Counted from the first letter of the stretch, positions 27,860-38,578 are shown. The stretch is 64,000 nt of DNA from Methylococcaceae bacterium (GCA_021736705.1 JAIPFI010000001.1:2729-66728), one strand, 5' to 3'. The notes: generated by a model from the letters alone, not told the origin. A program made the numbers and translations.

Positions 27860-28129
27860 ATGTTGAATTCAGGTGTAAAAGATTATGTTGTTTCGAAAAT
27901 TAGTTTTGATAAGAATAATGTGTTTGAGCAAAAAATCAGGGTTGTTAGTAAAATAAAAGTAAAGTCAGCCGAGCCACTGCCGATCAAGAGACTTTGGTTT
28001 TTCTTTACTCAAGATAACTCAATGTATGATGATGGTTTTGTTTTCGAGAGCGATTCACCTGTCGTTAAGACGATTTTATTACAGTCTAATATAGAAAAGA
28101 GGCTGCAATACCATAAGGGGGAAAGATGA
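27860..28129 (+). CDS. Hypothetical protein
   Basis: 89 aa; ATGA overlap with next gene; no family recognised. Confidence 0.5.
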   Translation: MLNSGVKDYVVSKISFDKNNVFEQKIRVVSKIKVKSAEPLPIKRLWFFFTQDNSMYDDGFVFESDSPVVKTILLQSNIEKRLQYHKGER

Positions 28130-28446
28130 GTAATTGTTGTAGTGATCCTACTGAAATACCCAAATTAGATCCTAGGGAGCTAGTGCGCGAGCAGGCTCGC
28201 TATGGTGACTTGCTGCGTGAGCTGTTTACCAGTGATCCAGAAAGATTAATGTTACATGAATTACGCGAAGCAAATACTTATTTGCGTGAGCTTGCAGCAT
28301 TACGTGCGCATTATGCCTCGGTTCGGCTTGCCGCGATTGTTTTATTGGATGAAGTTAGTAGCTCCGTGTTGCAACGAATTATTGATAAAGAACCCGAATC
28401 CGAGATGGGGAAAGCTGCTGCGTTACAGCTACAAAAAATACAATGA
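28126..28446 (+). CDS. Hypothetical helical protein with N-terminal Cys-Cys
   Basis: MSNCCSDP..., HEAT-like SVRLAAIVLL segment; GGGGG RBS; ATGA overlaps on both sides. Confidence 0.8.
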   Translation: MSNCCSDPTEIPKLDPRELVREQARYGDLLRELFTSDPERLMLHELREANTYLRELAALRAHYASVRLAAIVLLDEVSSSVLQRIIDKEPESEMGKAAALQLQKIQ

Positions 28447-28934
28447 TAAAACTGATTATTACCGGTGGCACAATAGATAAACGTTATAACGAATTAAATG
28501 GCGAGTTGTATTTTCCAGAAACGCATTTGCCGGCAATGTTGCAGCAATCACGCTGTAAATTGGATATTGAACTCCAGTCTTTAATGCTCAAAGATAGTTT
28601 GGATATGACTGAAGCGGACAGAGAGGCGATAAGGCAAGCTTGTGATGCGACAGAAGTAAAGCAAATCATCATTACGCATGGTACGGATACTATGGTCGAT
28701 AGCGCAAGCTATTTAGCTAGGACAAACACGGATAAAACCGTCGTTTTAATCGGTGCGATGGTGCCCTATATGATTAGTCAGTCTGACGCTTTGTTTAATC
28801 TTGGTTGTGCAGTAACTGCCGTGCAATTATTGCCGGCAGGGATTTACATCACGATGAATGGCAAGGTGTTTGCGTGGGATAAAGTGATTAAGGATCGACA
28901 AGCCGGCGAATTTAAGGGCATTCAGCAAAGATAA
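28443..28934 (+). CDS. Short asparaginase-domain protein (N-terminal domain only)
   Basis: TGGTIDK and THGTDTM threonine motifs, GAMVP, SDALFNLG. Confidence 0.9.
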   Translation: MIKLIITGGTIDKRYNELNGELYFPETHLPAMLQQSRCKLDIELQSLMLKDSLDMTEADREAIRQACDATEVKQIIITHGTDTMVDSASYLARTNTDKTVVLIGAMVPYMISQSDALFNLGCAVTAVQLLPAGIYITMNGKVFAWDKVIKDRQAGEFKGIQQR

Positions 28935-29673
28935 GTTGCTTATCTACGCATTGCTGTAATGCTTCAATCGCGGCATTTTGTAGCATCTCTGAGCTGTTTT
29001 CTGGTAATACTTCTTTTAGGCAGTCGCTAATAAGTTTTGTCTGCTGTTCTTGTAAGGTCTGCAATAAATGAAAAATCATCGGCGCAAGTTCAATAAATTT
29101 CACTTCATCTAGCTTATCTCGATAAACAGCTAGATAGGTTGCTTGTTCTGGTGTTTCTGTAGGCAAATACTCGGGAGAAATTTTGTGCACGGGGTATTGA
29201 TAAGCTAGAAGCCAAGTTAAGGGTGATAAGCTTATTTTTTGTGTTTGGCTTAGGGTTTGAATGTCAGATTTTTCAGGTAGAGTATCTTGTGCGATAGATA
29301 ATGCCATTTCAACCCATTCATAATGAGCCAATTCCAGCATAAATGGGTAATCGTCAGTGTGGGGTAGGCGTTCATTCTGCAAATATAAAATAAATTCTTC
29401 CGGTATTTCTGAAAAATAGGGGGTTGTGCTTTGGTGTTGGCTGAAAAAGTCTTGAGCCAGTTGCTGCCATTGTTTGTGATCTAATATTTTATGCAATACC
29501 GGAAAGTTGCTGGATAGAAAGCCTTCTACGTTATTAAAAAAAAGCTCGCGGTACATCTGCATGCGTTGTGGAGCAACATCGCTTGGACATGGTTGCGAAT
29601 TAGGATTGCGGATATAGGCTGAAAACTCAGCTTGTTTGGCTTTGAAGTCGATTTTAGGCCGAGAGTTGTTCAT
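28912..29673 (-). CDS. DUF2063 partner protein (BufC/HvfC-like)
   Basis: Q..FSAYIRNP, RMQMYRELFFNN, FPVL, ELAHYEW.E, YPVHKI; overlaps DUF692 stop. Confidence 0.88.
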   Translation of the reverse strand: MNNSRPKIDFKAKQAEFSAYIRNPNSQPCPSDVAPQRMQMYRELFFNNVEGFLSSNFPVLHKILDHKQWQQLAQDFFSQHQSTTPYFSEIPEEFILYLQNERLPHTDDYPFMLELAHYEWVEMALSIAQDTLPEKSDIQTLSQTQKISLSPLTWLLAYQYPVHKISPEYLPTETPEQATYLAVYRDKLDEVKFIELAPMIFHLLQTLQEQQTKLISDCLKEVLPENSSEMLQNAAIEALQQCVDKQLIFAECP

Positions 29674-30505
29674 TATTAGTCTGCCATGCAGTTTGTAGGG
29701 TTTGGATGGTGTTTACTTCGCGCAAGAGCTCTGCGACACTGGGAATATTAAAATCTCTTTCTAATAGCGTCGGGAATACGCCGTATAAGGCATAGGCTTT
29801 TTCTAGTAATTGCCACACAGGATCGATAATTTCCGCGCCGTGAGTATCAACCAGAAAATCTTCGGCTTCAACATAATGCCCAGCGATATGTGCATAGCTA
29901 ATACGCTGCGCAGGGATTGCTTGTAAAAATTGTTCAGCATTGTAGTTGTGGTTCACGCTATTCACATAGATATTATTTACGTCTAATAGTACATCGCAAT
30001 CCGCTTCTTCAACTACCGCATTAAAAAAATCAATTTCAGACATTTCTTGCCCCGGCGCAGCGTAATAGGAGACATTTTCAATAGCGATTTTTTGCTCTAA
30101 TATGTCTTGCACACGATGTATACGCTGAGCAACATGATGTACGGCCTCTTCAGTAAAGGGTATAGGCATAAGGTCATATAAGTGTCCGTCATTGCTACAA
30201 TAACTTAAATGTTCGCTATAAAATTTGATTTTATGTTCACGCATAAAGCTTTTTAAGTTTGTTACAAAGTCTTCATCAAGCGGATCGGTGCTACCGATAG
30301 ACAGTGATAAGCCATGACAAACAAATGGATAGCGTTCAGTCATGGCTTTAAATTGTTTGCCTAATTTGCCGCCTAAGGTCATCCAGTTTTCTGGTGCAAC
30401 TTCATAAAAATTGACATTTCTTAAGGGATTGGCTAGAGCTTCGTCAAGAAAAGAACGGCGTAAGCCAAGACCGGCGCCATGAACTAAGTTTTGCGTAGAT
30501 TGCAT
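29654..30505 (-). CDS. DUF692 multinuclear non-haem iron oxidative enzyme (MNIO; BufB/HvfB/MbnB superfamily)
   Basis: GAGLGLRR, EVAPENW, HGLSLSIG, SEHLS, ENVSYY, LLDVNNIYVN..NH, HIAGH, DTHG, LERD; ATG 30505 behind AGGA. Confidence 0.93.
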   Translation of the reverse strand: MQSTQNLVHGAGLGLRRSFLDEALANPLRNVNFYEVAPENWMTLGGKLGKQFKAMTERYPFVCHGLSLSIGSTDPLDEDFVTNLKSFMREHKIKFYSEHLSYCSNDGHLYDLMPIPFTEEAVHHVAQRIHRVQDILEQKIAIENVSYYAAPGQEMSEIDFFNAVVEEADCDVLLDVNNIYVNSVNHNYNAEQFLQAIPAQRISYAHIAGHYVEAEDFLVDTHGAEIIDPVWQLLEKAYALYGVFPTLLERDFNIPSVAELLREVNTIQTLQTAWQTNNEQLSA

Positions 30506-30788
30506 CAGTTTTCCTGTGTTGCGAAAGGAGTTCATTTATTTAATTATAGCCTTTTTGTCGTGTAAGGTTTTAAAAGTGCTATCAATTAAATGACGAACTA
30601 ATAATCTGCGCTTCTAACTTGGCTCAAGATGTCTCGGTAAAGTGCGTTGAGCGAATAATGGGAGGATACATGAGTAGCCGTTAGTAAAAATTATTTATAG
30701 CGCGCAATTTTTGACAAACTCCATACTTAATGCCAGTTTTTAGGTTAAAATGACGCAATTAATTGTGATAATCGTTTTTCTGTGAGCC

Positions 30789-31859
30789 ATGCAAAGTCAA
30801 TTTAATACTGATAACTTAAGAATCCGTGAAACTAGAGGTGTTATGGCACCTATCCTAGTGCACGATGAATTGCCGTTGACGGAAGTAGCTGCTAGAACTA
30901 CTGAACAGGCTCGCCATGCTGTGCATGACATTTTAATTGGTCAAGATGATCGTTTGATTGTCGTTGTCGGGCCTTGTTCTATTCATGACCCTAAGGCGGC
31001 TCTTGAATATGCCAGTAAACTTCGAGTTATTAAAGATAAGCTAAAGCAAGACTTGCATATTATTATGCGTGTCTACTTTGAAAAACCGAGAACAACAGTA
31101 GGCTGGAAAGGTTTAATTAATGATCCTGATTTAGATGGGAGCTTTAATATCAATAAAGGTTTGCGCGTTGCTCGGCAGTTATTGTTAGATTTGAATAGCC
31201 AAGGTATACCGGCAGCGACTGAATATTTGGATCTCATTACTCCGCAATATGTATCGGATTTGATTGCATGGGGTGCAATTGGCGCGAGAACTACCGAGAG
31301 CCAGTGTCATAGAGAACTTGCTTCGGGCTTATCCTGTCCGGTTGGATTTAAAAACGCAACGGACGGTACCATTACTATTGCTAATGATGCGATTAAGGCC
31401 GCTATGAACCCACACCATTTTTTGTCGGTGACTAAAGAAGGTAATTCAGCTATTTTTTCCACTACCGGTAATGAAGATGTGCATATAATTTTACGCGGCG
31501 GTAATGATGGCCCTAATTATGATGCAGTCAGTGTTGATAAGGTTGCTAAAAGCATGGAAAAAGCCGGTTTAAAAGCTAATATTATGATTGATTTAAGTCA
31601 TGCAAATAGTCTAAAACAGTGTCAGCGGCAGTTATTAGTTGGTGAGGATGTTGGCGCACAAATAGCAAATGGTGATCATCGTATTATGGGTGTGATGATT
31701 GAAAGTCATTTGCAAGCAGGGCGGCAGGATGTTGTCGCGGGTCAAGAGTTGGTTTATGGGCAAAGCATAACTGATGGCTGCATAGGCTGGGATGAGACTG
31801 AGACCTTATTGAATAATTTGGCCGTTGCCGTACAAAAAAGAAGAATAGTAAAAAACTAA
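30789..31859 (+). CDS. aroG: Class I DAHP synthase (AroG/AroF/AroH type)
   Basis: [38 protein letters not shown]; paralogue identity uncertain. Confidence 0.93.
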   Translation: MQSQFNTDNLRIRETRGVMAPILVHDELPLTEVAARTTEQARHAVHDILIGQDDRLIVVVGPCSIHDPKAALEYASKLRVIKDKLKQDLHIIMRVYFEKPRTTVGWKGLINDPDLDGSFNINKGLRVARQLLLDLNSQGIPAATEYLDLITPQYVSDLIAWGAIGARTTESQCHRELASGLSCPVGFKNATDGTITIANDAIKAAMNPHHFLSVTKEGNSAIFSTTGNEDVHIILRGGNDGPNYDAVSVDKVAKSMEKAGLKANIMIDLSHANSLKQCQRQLLVGEDVGAQIANGDHRIMGVMIESHLQAGRQDVVAGQELVYGQSITDGCIGWDETETLLNNLAVAVQKRRIVKN

Positions 31860-31873
31860 CAGGAACAAAAAGC

Positions 31874-32851
31874 ATGAATGTTTATGTAAATGGCGAAACT
31901 AAGCAATATACAGAAAATAGTACTATCGCGGATATTGTTAGCGACTTGGGTTTAGAGAATAAACGCATTGCTGTTGAATTAAATAAAGAAATTCTACCGT
32001 TTAATCAATATGCGCAGACTATTTGCCAAGAAGGCGATTATATTGAAGTTGTGCAAGCGATTGGTGGTGGGCAAGGTGATAGCTTTATTATTGCTGGTCA
32101 AGCGTTTACGTCACGATTATTAGTCGGTACTGGAAAATATAAAGACTTAGAAGAAACGCGCTTAGCGATAGAGGCAAGTGGTGCGGAAATTGTAACGGTT
32201 GCTATCAGGCGTACTAATATCGGTCAAAATCCAGGTGAGCCGAATTTGTTAGATGTTATTTCACCAGATAAATATACAATTTTACCTAATACGGCAGGCT
32301 GTTTTACGGCAGATGACGCAGTTAGAACTTGTCGTTTGGCTCGTGAACTGCTGGGTGGACATAAATTAGTTAAATTAGAAGTTTTGGCTGATCAAAAAAC
32401 TTTATTGCCGGATATTATAGAAACTTTAGCGGCAGCAGAGTTATTAGTCAAAGATGGTTTTGATATTATGGTTTATACCAATGATGACCCCATTATTGCT
32501 AAGCGTTTAGAAGATATTGGGTGTGTTGCTGTTATGCCCTTGGCGGCACCTATTGGTTCAGGTTTAGGTATACAAAATCCCTATAATATTTTGACTATAG
32601 TAGAAAATGCAAGGGTGCCTATTTTGGTTGATGCGGGTGTGGGGACTGCATCAGATGCTGCTATTGCAATGGAATTAGGTTGTGCAGGTGTATTAATGAA
32701 TACAGCGATTGCGGCGGCTAAGAATCCTATATTAATGGCTTCGGCAATGCAAAAAGGGATACAAGCGGGGCGAGAAGCTTATTTGGCAGGAAGGATGCCA
32801 AGAAAGCGATTTGCCTCTGCCTCTTCACCGCTAGATGGATTAATTGGTTAA
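31874..32851 (+). CDS. thiG: ThiS-ThiG fusion (sulfur carrier + thiazole synthase)
   Basis: N-terminal ThiS (VNGE...IAVELN..I...EVVQAIGGG) in frame with ThiG ([26 protein letters not shown]). Confidence 0.95.
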   Translation: MNVYVNGETKQYTENSTIADIVSDLGLENKRIAVELNKEILPFNQYAQTICQEGDYIEVVQAIGGGQGDSFIIAGQAFTSRLLVGTGKYKDLEETRLAIEASGAEIVTVAIRRTNIGQNPGEPNLLDVISPDKYTILPNTAGCFTADDAVRTCRLARELLGGHKLVKLEVLADQKTLLPDIIETLAAAELLVKDGFDIMVYTNDDPIIAKRLEDIGCVAVMPLAAPIGSGLGIQNPYNILTIVENARVPILVDAGVGTASDAAIAMELGCAGVLMNTAIAAAKNPILMASAMQKGIQAGREAYLAGRMPRKRFASASSPLDGLIG

Positions 32852-32860
32852 GTTTTGAGT

Positions 32861-33550
32861 ATGATCGAAGAAGAAGTGCAAAGTCCCCCACGAATTAAGA
32901 GTTTTATTCGTCGGGTTGGGCGAATGACGGATGCGCAAAGAAATGCAGTCGATACGCTTTGGGATAAATATTGTTTGCAGCCAGAGCTTGTTTGCCATTT
33001 TCCTGTCGTTTTTGGGCGTAATGCTCCCATTATTTTAGAAATTGGTTTTGGTAATGGTGAAAGTTTGGCTAAAGTCGCAGAAGATAATCCAACTATAGAT
33101 TATATTGGTATTGAGGTACATAAGCCGGGTGTGGGCAATTTATTGGCGCAATTAGAAAGAAAGCAAATTACCAATGTTAGGATCTTTTATCACGATGCCA
33201 TTGATGTGTTAGAGAAGTGCATTCCTGATGCTAGTTTATCGGGTATGCATTTGTTTTTTCCCGACCCTTGGCATAAAAGAAAGCACCATAAGCGGCGCAT
33301 TGTGCGACCTAGCTTTATTAAGTTGATTGCGCAAAAGCTAAAGCCTGAAGGTTACTTTCATGCAGCCACAGATTGGCAACATTATGCAGTACATATGCTG
33401 AGAATTTTGGCGGTAGCGGATCAATTTGTTAACGCCAGTGCCAGCGAGGATTATTGTCCCAGACCAGATTATCGACCGTTAACAAAATTTGAGCAACGTG
33501 GACTACGGTTAGGTCATGGTGTTTGGGATTTGATTTTCAAACGTCTGTAA
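32861..33550 (+). CDS. trmB: tRNA (guanine-N7)-methyltransferase
   Basis: LEIGFGNG, GIEVH, FFPDPWHK, ATDW, TKFE. Confidence 0.97.
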   Translation: MIEEEVQSPPRIKSFIRRVGRMTDAQRNAVDTLWDKYCLQPELVCHFPVVFGRNAPIILEIGFGNGESLAKVAEDNPTIDYIGIEVHKPGVGNLLAQLERKQITNVRIFYHDAIDVLEKCIPDASLSGMHLFFPDPWHKRKHHKRRIVRPSFIKLIAQKLKPEGYFHAATDWQHYAVHMLRILAVADQFVNASASEDYCPRPDYRPLTKFEQRGLRLGHGVWDLIFKRL

Positions 33551-33767
33551 AATGTTATTTCTGAATCGACGCTAAAAATAGCTAGAAAGAGTGATTGCAA
33601 CTGACATAGTTATTAATATTAGTCATGAAATAGATAGAAAAACAGTTTATTTTTTAGCAGATTTTTATTTTTAGGCTACAATTTATTTCGTAGTATAAAA
33701 AATTGAATTTAGATAATCCGTCATTTTAGATGATAAATGCGGTTACTGTCGATATCAGCGATAAGGC

Positions 33768-35714
33768 ATGGGATGTATGGAATTTAAAGAGCAGTTACAT
33801 GAATATTCGCAATGGCGAGAAGAAATTGTCCAAGCAATTGAAATGTATAGAGAGTGGCGTACTCGTTATGGGTTGAGTGATCCAAACAGTACTGATACGC
33901 TATTAAATATGCTTAATGGATTGAGTAATGATCGTATTACTTTAGCTTTTGCGGCTGAATTTTCTCGTGGTAAAACTGAACTTATTAACTCCTTATTTTT
34001 TGCTGAAACAGGCGTTAGGTTATTACCTTCAGCTCCCGGACGTACCACGATGTGTCCGACTGAACTATTTTATGATGAAGCGGGTAGTTATATTCGTTTA
34101 CTCAATATAGAGAGTCGCTTGGAAGATACGTCTTTAGTTGAGTTCAAGCAAAATCCAGCGCGCTGGACACAAATTGATTTGAATTGTGATTCGCCTACGC
34201 AAATGCAGGCGGCCTTTAAAGAGCTAGTCGCGGTTAAAACAGTTTCTAAAGCAGAGGCGGATAAATTAGGCTTGTGGAATGAGCGTGAAGCAGCTGAATT
34301 AGGTATGTTAGATAGAAATGAGGTAGAAATACCTTGTTGGCGACACGCTTTAATCAGCTTTCCGCACGCTTTATTAAAAGAAGGGCTTTGTATTTTAGAT
34401 ACCCCAGGGCTAAATGCTTTGGGTACCGAACCTGAACTGACTCTCAATATGTTGCCTAGTGCGCATGCCATTATTTTTGTTTTGGCGGCTGATACAGGGG
34501 TGACAAAAAGTGATTTGGAAATGTGGCGTAATCATATTAGCATAGCGCGAGGCTCTGGCAAGCAGGGGTTGGCTGTGGTTATGAACAAAATTGATTCCAT
34601 GTGGGATGATTTGGCGGGTGAAACAGGGTATGACGCGTCTATTATTTCTCAAATTAAGAATTCTGCTGCCATTTTAGGTGTCAGTGAAAAACTGATTTTT
34701 CCTGTTTCTGCTAAGCAAGCGTTACTAGCTAAAATTAAATCTGATGACGCCTTATTAGAAAAAAGCCGATTGGCAGGATTAGAAAGCTATTTGTCTGATG
34801 ATATTTTAAATCATCGACGTAATATTTTAATGGAAACAGTGGCGCGAAATATTGGTTTCTTAGTCAACGAATCGTTGAGTCTCACAGAGATTAAATATAA
34901 TAATGCAACAGCTCAATTAAAAGAATTTAAGAAAATAGATTTCGAAAATTCTGATATGACGGGTAAATTGATGGCCGAAACACGGGATCGTCAAAATACT
35001 TATTTAGTCAATGTAGAGAATTTTCAAGCCAGTCGCCGTGTGTTTAGTGTACAAGCAAAGATGTTGGTGGATTCTTTGGCAAAAGAAAGAATTGACGAAG
35101 TCATTTATCGCACTAAAGATGATATGGCTAAAAGTCTTACCACTTATGGTATGAAGCAAAATATTCGTAAGTTATTTGATGAGTTGCGTGATTTATTGCA
35201 AGATGCTGTTGATACAACGAATGAAACTCGTCGCTTAGTAAAGGCGATTCATAAGAAATTTAGAGATGAGTACGGATTTAAAGAAATTGAGCCACAGTTA
35301 TTTTCAATTAAGCAATATCAGTTTGAGTTAGAACAGATATTTGAAGAAGGAGAGCTTTTTCGCTCAAGCGCTAAAACAACAATGACTGAGCAAAGTGTTG
35401 TTGTAAAAAAATTATACAGCACGATTATCTCCAAGGCGCGTGAAGTACTGAAACATGCGAATAAAGATGCGACGACATGGAGCAATAGTGTGCTTTCACC
35501 TTTAATGCATCAAATTAAAGATCATAAAAAGCAAATTGAAAGTCGTTTACAAATGTTGCGTAAAATTAGTGAATCGAAAGGTAATGTTGAGGAAAGTATT
35601 GCTAATCTTGCCGCTGAATTGGAGCCGTTAAAGCAACAGCATATGGAATTGAGAATGATTATTAAGGCAATGAAAATAGATAATATTTCTGAGTATAAAA
35701 ACGCGAATTTATAA
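33768..35714 (+). CDS. Bacterial dynamin-like GTPase
   Basis: G1 AEFSRGKT, G2 RTT.CPTE, G3 DTPG, G4 NKID; long helical C-terminus. Confidence 0.9.
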   Translation: MGCMEFKEQLHEYSQWREEIVQAIEMYREWRTRYGLSDPNSTDTLLNMLNGLSNDRITLAFAAEFSRGKTELINSLFFAETGVRLLPSAPGRTTMCPTELFYDEAGSYIRLLNIESRLEDTSLVEFKQNPARWTQIDLNCDSPTQMQAAFKELVAVKTVSKAEADKLGLWNEREAAELGMLDRNEVEIPCWRHALISFPHALLKEGLCILDTPGLNALGTEPELTLNMLPSAHAIIFVLAADTGVTKSDLEMWRNHISIARGSGKQGLAVVMNKIDSMWDDLAGETGYDASIISQIKNSAAILGVSEKLIFPVSAKQALLAKIKSDDALLEKSRLAGLESYLSDDILNHRRNILMETVARNIGFLVNESLSLTEIKYNNATAQLKEFKKIDFENSDMTGKLMAETRDRQNTYLVNVENFQASRRVFSVQAKMLVDSLAKERIDEVIYRTKDDMAKSLTTYGMKQNIRKLFDELRDLLQDAVDTTNETRRLVKAIHKKFRDEYGFKEIEPQLFSIKQYQFELEQIFEEGELFRSSAKTTMTEQSVVVKKLYSTIISKAREVLKHANKDATTWSNSVLSPLMHQIKDHKKQIESRLQMLRKISESKGNVEESIANLAAELEPLKQQHMELRMIIKAMKIDNISEYKNANL

Positions 35715-35724
35715 GTTTTCTCAT

Positions 35725-35759
35725 GATTACGTCCACTTCTGATAGGAGAGGGCGTAATC
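35725..35759 (+). terminator. Hairpin after the dynamin gene
   Basis: GATTACGTCC...GGGCGTAATC; weak T tract. Confidence 0.5.
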
Positions 35760-35961
35760 TTCCTGTCTCTTAATGACGGGATCTAATTATTGGTATATTT
35801 CCTGAATGCGTTTTGATTATTCTAGTAGTCCTCCCACCCTGCAACGATTTTCCTTAAAAGCACCCTGAATAGTTTGCTTTCTTTAGTCTGTGTTTTTTCT
35901 GTAATAAAACTCCCAACAAATTTCAATAGTTTAATCTTCGCATCTTAGATAGGAGGGGCGC

Positions 35962-37314
35962 GTGCATATTCATATTTTAGGTATTTGCGGTACGTTTATG
36001 GGCGGGCTTGCTTTGATAGCTAGAGAGCTAGGGCATACCGTTAGTGGCTCTGATCAAAACGTTTACCCTCCTATGAGCACACAATTAACTGAGCAAGGTA
36101 TACAGTTAATGCAGGGATATAGTGCTGAAAACTTAGCGATTAAACCGGATTTAGTGGTCGTTGGGAATGCTCTGTCGCGCGGTAATCCTGAGGTTGAAGC
36201 GGTTTTAAACTTAGGGTTGAAATATACCTCGGGTCCACAATGGCTCTCTGAATATGTATTGCAAGATAAATGGGTTTTAGCGGTAGCAGGCACGCATGGC
36301 AAAACAACGACGAGCAGCATGTTGGCATGGATCTTAGAATATCAGGGCTTTAAACCTGGTTTTTTAATCGGCGGGATTCCTATGAATTTTGGACTCTCTG
36401 CGCGCGCAGGGGAAACAGATTTTTTTGTTATAGAAGCGGATGAATATGACTCTGCTTTTTTTGATAAGCGCTCTAAGTTTGTGCATTACCGACCCAGAAC
36501 AGCGATTTTAAATAATTTAGAATTTGACCATGCCGATATTTTTGATGATTTGTCGGCAATTAAACGTCAATTTCATCATTTAGTCAGAACCATTCCTGGG
36601 CAAGGTTTAATTATTGCACCTAAGACGGATGTTAATGTGCAGGATACGCTGGCGATGGGTTGCTGGACGCCTGTACAACAAACGGCGATTGGACAACAAG
36701 CTGAATGGCAGGTCGAGCTAGTCAAGGAGGATGGCAGTCAGTTTAAGGTTTTATTTGCTGATGAAGAGCAAGGAGAGGTTAATTGGGGCTTGACCGGATT
36801 ACATAATGTTCAGAATGGCTTGGCCGCAATTGCAGCAGCAAGGCATATAGGTATATTACCTGTTAATGCGATAGCAGCATTGGCTCAGTTTAAAAATGTA
36901 AAACGGCGCATGGAGGTCATTGCTAATATTCGTGGTACGACGGTTTATGATGATTTTGCACATCATCCTACTGCAATTAAAATGACTTTAGAGGGGTTAC
37001 GCAAGCATGTAGGTGCTGAGAAAATTATTGCTGTGGTTGAGCCTCGATCAAACACTATGCGGATGGGAGTGCATCGTAAGGAGTTAGCGGATGCCCTCAG
37101 CTTGGCGGATAGAACGATAGTTTATCAACCAGAAAATTTAGCCTGGGATTTAACTGAGTTGAAAGATTATGCAGATAATATTCAAATTTGTATTTCAATA
37201 ACTGAAATTATGGCTGAATTACAACAAGAAGTCGCAGCGGAAAGCCACTTTTTAATGATGAGTAATGGTAGTTTTGATGGTATCTATCAGCGTATAAAAA
37301 ATGAATTGAAATAA
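35962..37314 (+). CDS. mpl: Murein peptide ligase Mpl
   Basis: MHIHILGICGTFMGGLA, GTHGKTTT, EADEYD, DDFAHHP, EPRSNTM. Confidence 0.97.
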   Translation: MHIHILGICGTFMGGLALIARELGHTVSGSDQNVYPPMSTQLTEQGIQLMQGYSAENLAIKPDLVVVGNALSRGNPEVEAVLNLGLKYTSGPQWLSEYVLQDKWVLAVAGTHGKTTTSSMLAWILEYQGFKPGFLIGGIPMNFGLSARAGETDFFVIEADEYDSAFFDKRSKFVHYRPRTAILNNLEFDHADIFDDLSAIKRQFHHLVRTIPGQGLIIAPKTDVNVQDTLAMGCWTPVQQTAIGQQAEWQVELVKEDGSQFKVLFADEEQGEVNWGLTGLHNVQNGLAAIAAARHIGILPVNAIAALAQFKNVKRRMEVIANIRGTTVYDDFAHHPTAIKMTLEGLRKHVGAEKIIAVVEPRSNTMRMGVHRKELADALSLADRTIVYQPENLAWDLTELKDYADNIQICISITEIMAELQQEVAAESHFLMMSNGSFDGIYQRIKNELK

Positions 37315-37338
37315 CGGGATTTAAAAATAAGACTTATT

Positions 37339-37372
37339 TTGTAATATTGTTGTCATATTTGCTGTACATAAT
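37339..37372 (+). promoter_or_regulatory. Pho box and -10 of pstS
   Basis: TTGTAAT-ATTG-TTGTCAT, then CATAAT 10 nt downstream. Confidence 0.8.
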
Positions 37373-37408
37373 GGTTGCTATGTTAATTCGATAATGTGAG
37401 TTTAAAAA

Positions 37409-38395
37409 ATGAAAATTTTGTCTAAAGTGAAGTCTTTAGCAGCGGTTGCTGGGTTTGTTGCAGCAGCATTAGCAAGTACCTCTGTGAACGCAACGCAAAC
37501 AGTTGACCCTAAACTTTCTGATTATCAAAAAGAAAGTGGTGTATCAGGTAATTTATCAAGTGTTGGTTCAGATACATTGGCTAACTTAATGACATTATGG
37601 GCTGAGTCATTTAAACGTAATTATCCTAATGTAAATATTCAGATTCAAGCGGCTGGCTCATCTACTGCGCCACCAGCATTGACCGAAGGAACGTCAAATA
37701 TCGGTCCTATGAGCCGTAAAATGAAAGATAAAGAGTTGGATGCTTTCGAAGCGAAATATGGCTATAAGCCAACAGCTATTCCTGTTGCTATTGATGCTTT
37801 GGCGGTTTATGTTAATAAAGATAACCCTGTCGAAGGTATGACTATTGCTCAAGTTGATGCCATTATGTCATCTACTCGTAAATGTGGTTATGCGACTGAC
37901 ATTACGACGTGGGGCGAGGCGGGCTTAACGGATTCTTGGAAAGACAAAAGCATTCAGTTATATGGTCGTAACTCAGTATCAGGTACTTACGGATATTTTA
38001 AAGAGAAAGCCTTATGCAAAGGTGATTATAAAAACAATGTAAACGAGCAGCCGGGTTCTGCTTCAGTAGTTCAGTCTGTGTCAACGTCAATAAACGGTAT
38101 CGGTTATTCAGGTATTGGTTATAAAACGTCTGGTGTTAAAGCGCTTGCTTTAGCAAAAAAAGAAGGTTCACCTTTTATTGCTGCAACACCTGAGGCGGCC
38201 TTAACGGGAGAGTATCCTTTATCGCGTTTCTTATATATCTATGTGAATAAGCAGCCTAATAAGGCTTTAGCTCCATTAGAAAGTGCCTTTATCAAGATGG
38301 TTTTATCTAAAGAAGGTCAGGAAGTTGTTATTAAGGATGGTTACATTCCTTTGCCAGCTACGGTTGTTAATAAGGTACTAGCTGAGTTGTTATAA
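37409..38395 (+). CDS. pstS: Phosphate ABC transporter substrate-binding protein
   Basis: [32 protein letters not shown]. Confidence 0.96.
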   Translation: MKILSKVKSLAAVAGFVAAALASTSVNATQTVDPKLSDYQKESGVSGNLSSVGSDTLANLMTLWAESFKRNYPNVNIQIQAAGSSTAPPALTEGTSNIGPMSRKMKDKELDAFEAKYGYKPTAIPVAIDALAVYVNKDNPVEGMTIAQVDAIMSSTRKCGYATDITTWGEAGLTDSWKDKSIQLYGRNSVSGTYGYFKEKALCKGDYKNNVNEQPGSASVVQSVSTSINGIGYSGIGYKTSGVKALALAKKEGSPFIAATPEAALTGEYPLSRFLYIYVNKQPNKALAPLESAFIKMVLSKEGQEVVIKDGYIPLPATVVNKVLAELL

Positions 38396-38513
38396 GTTTT
38401 AAGGATGGAATAGGAAAATACGGATATTGTTGGGCAAGGATGCCACATTAATCAAAAATTACTATAACCCCCCCCCTTTTTTTTGTTTAAGTAAATGGAA
38501 ATTGATTGAATAT

Positions 38514-38553
38514 AAAACTAGGTGCTATTTTTAATGGCGCCTAGTTTTTTTTT
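38514..38553 (+). terminator. Rho-independent terminator between pstS and pstC
   Basis: AAAACTAGGTGC...GCGCCTAGTTTTTTTTT. Confidence 0.75.
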
Positions 38554-38578
38554 GCCTATCGTTTTTTTGTACAAAGAA

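Noticed and set aside
30660-30684. GGGAGGA followed by ATG AGT AGC CGT TAG upstream of DAHP synthase, as a leader peptide
   Set aside because: Four codons with no aromatic residues, short RBS spacing and no attenuator hairpin
38468-38484. C9T8 homopolymer as a phase-variation tract
   Set aside because: Intergenic, upstream of the pstS terminator and outside the predicted promoter spacer; no supportable consequence
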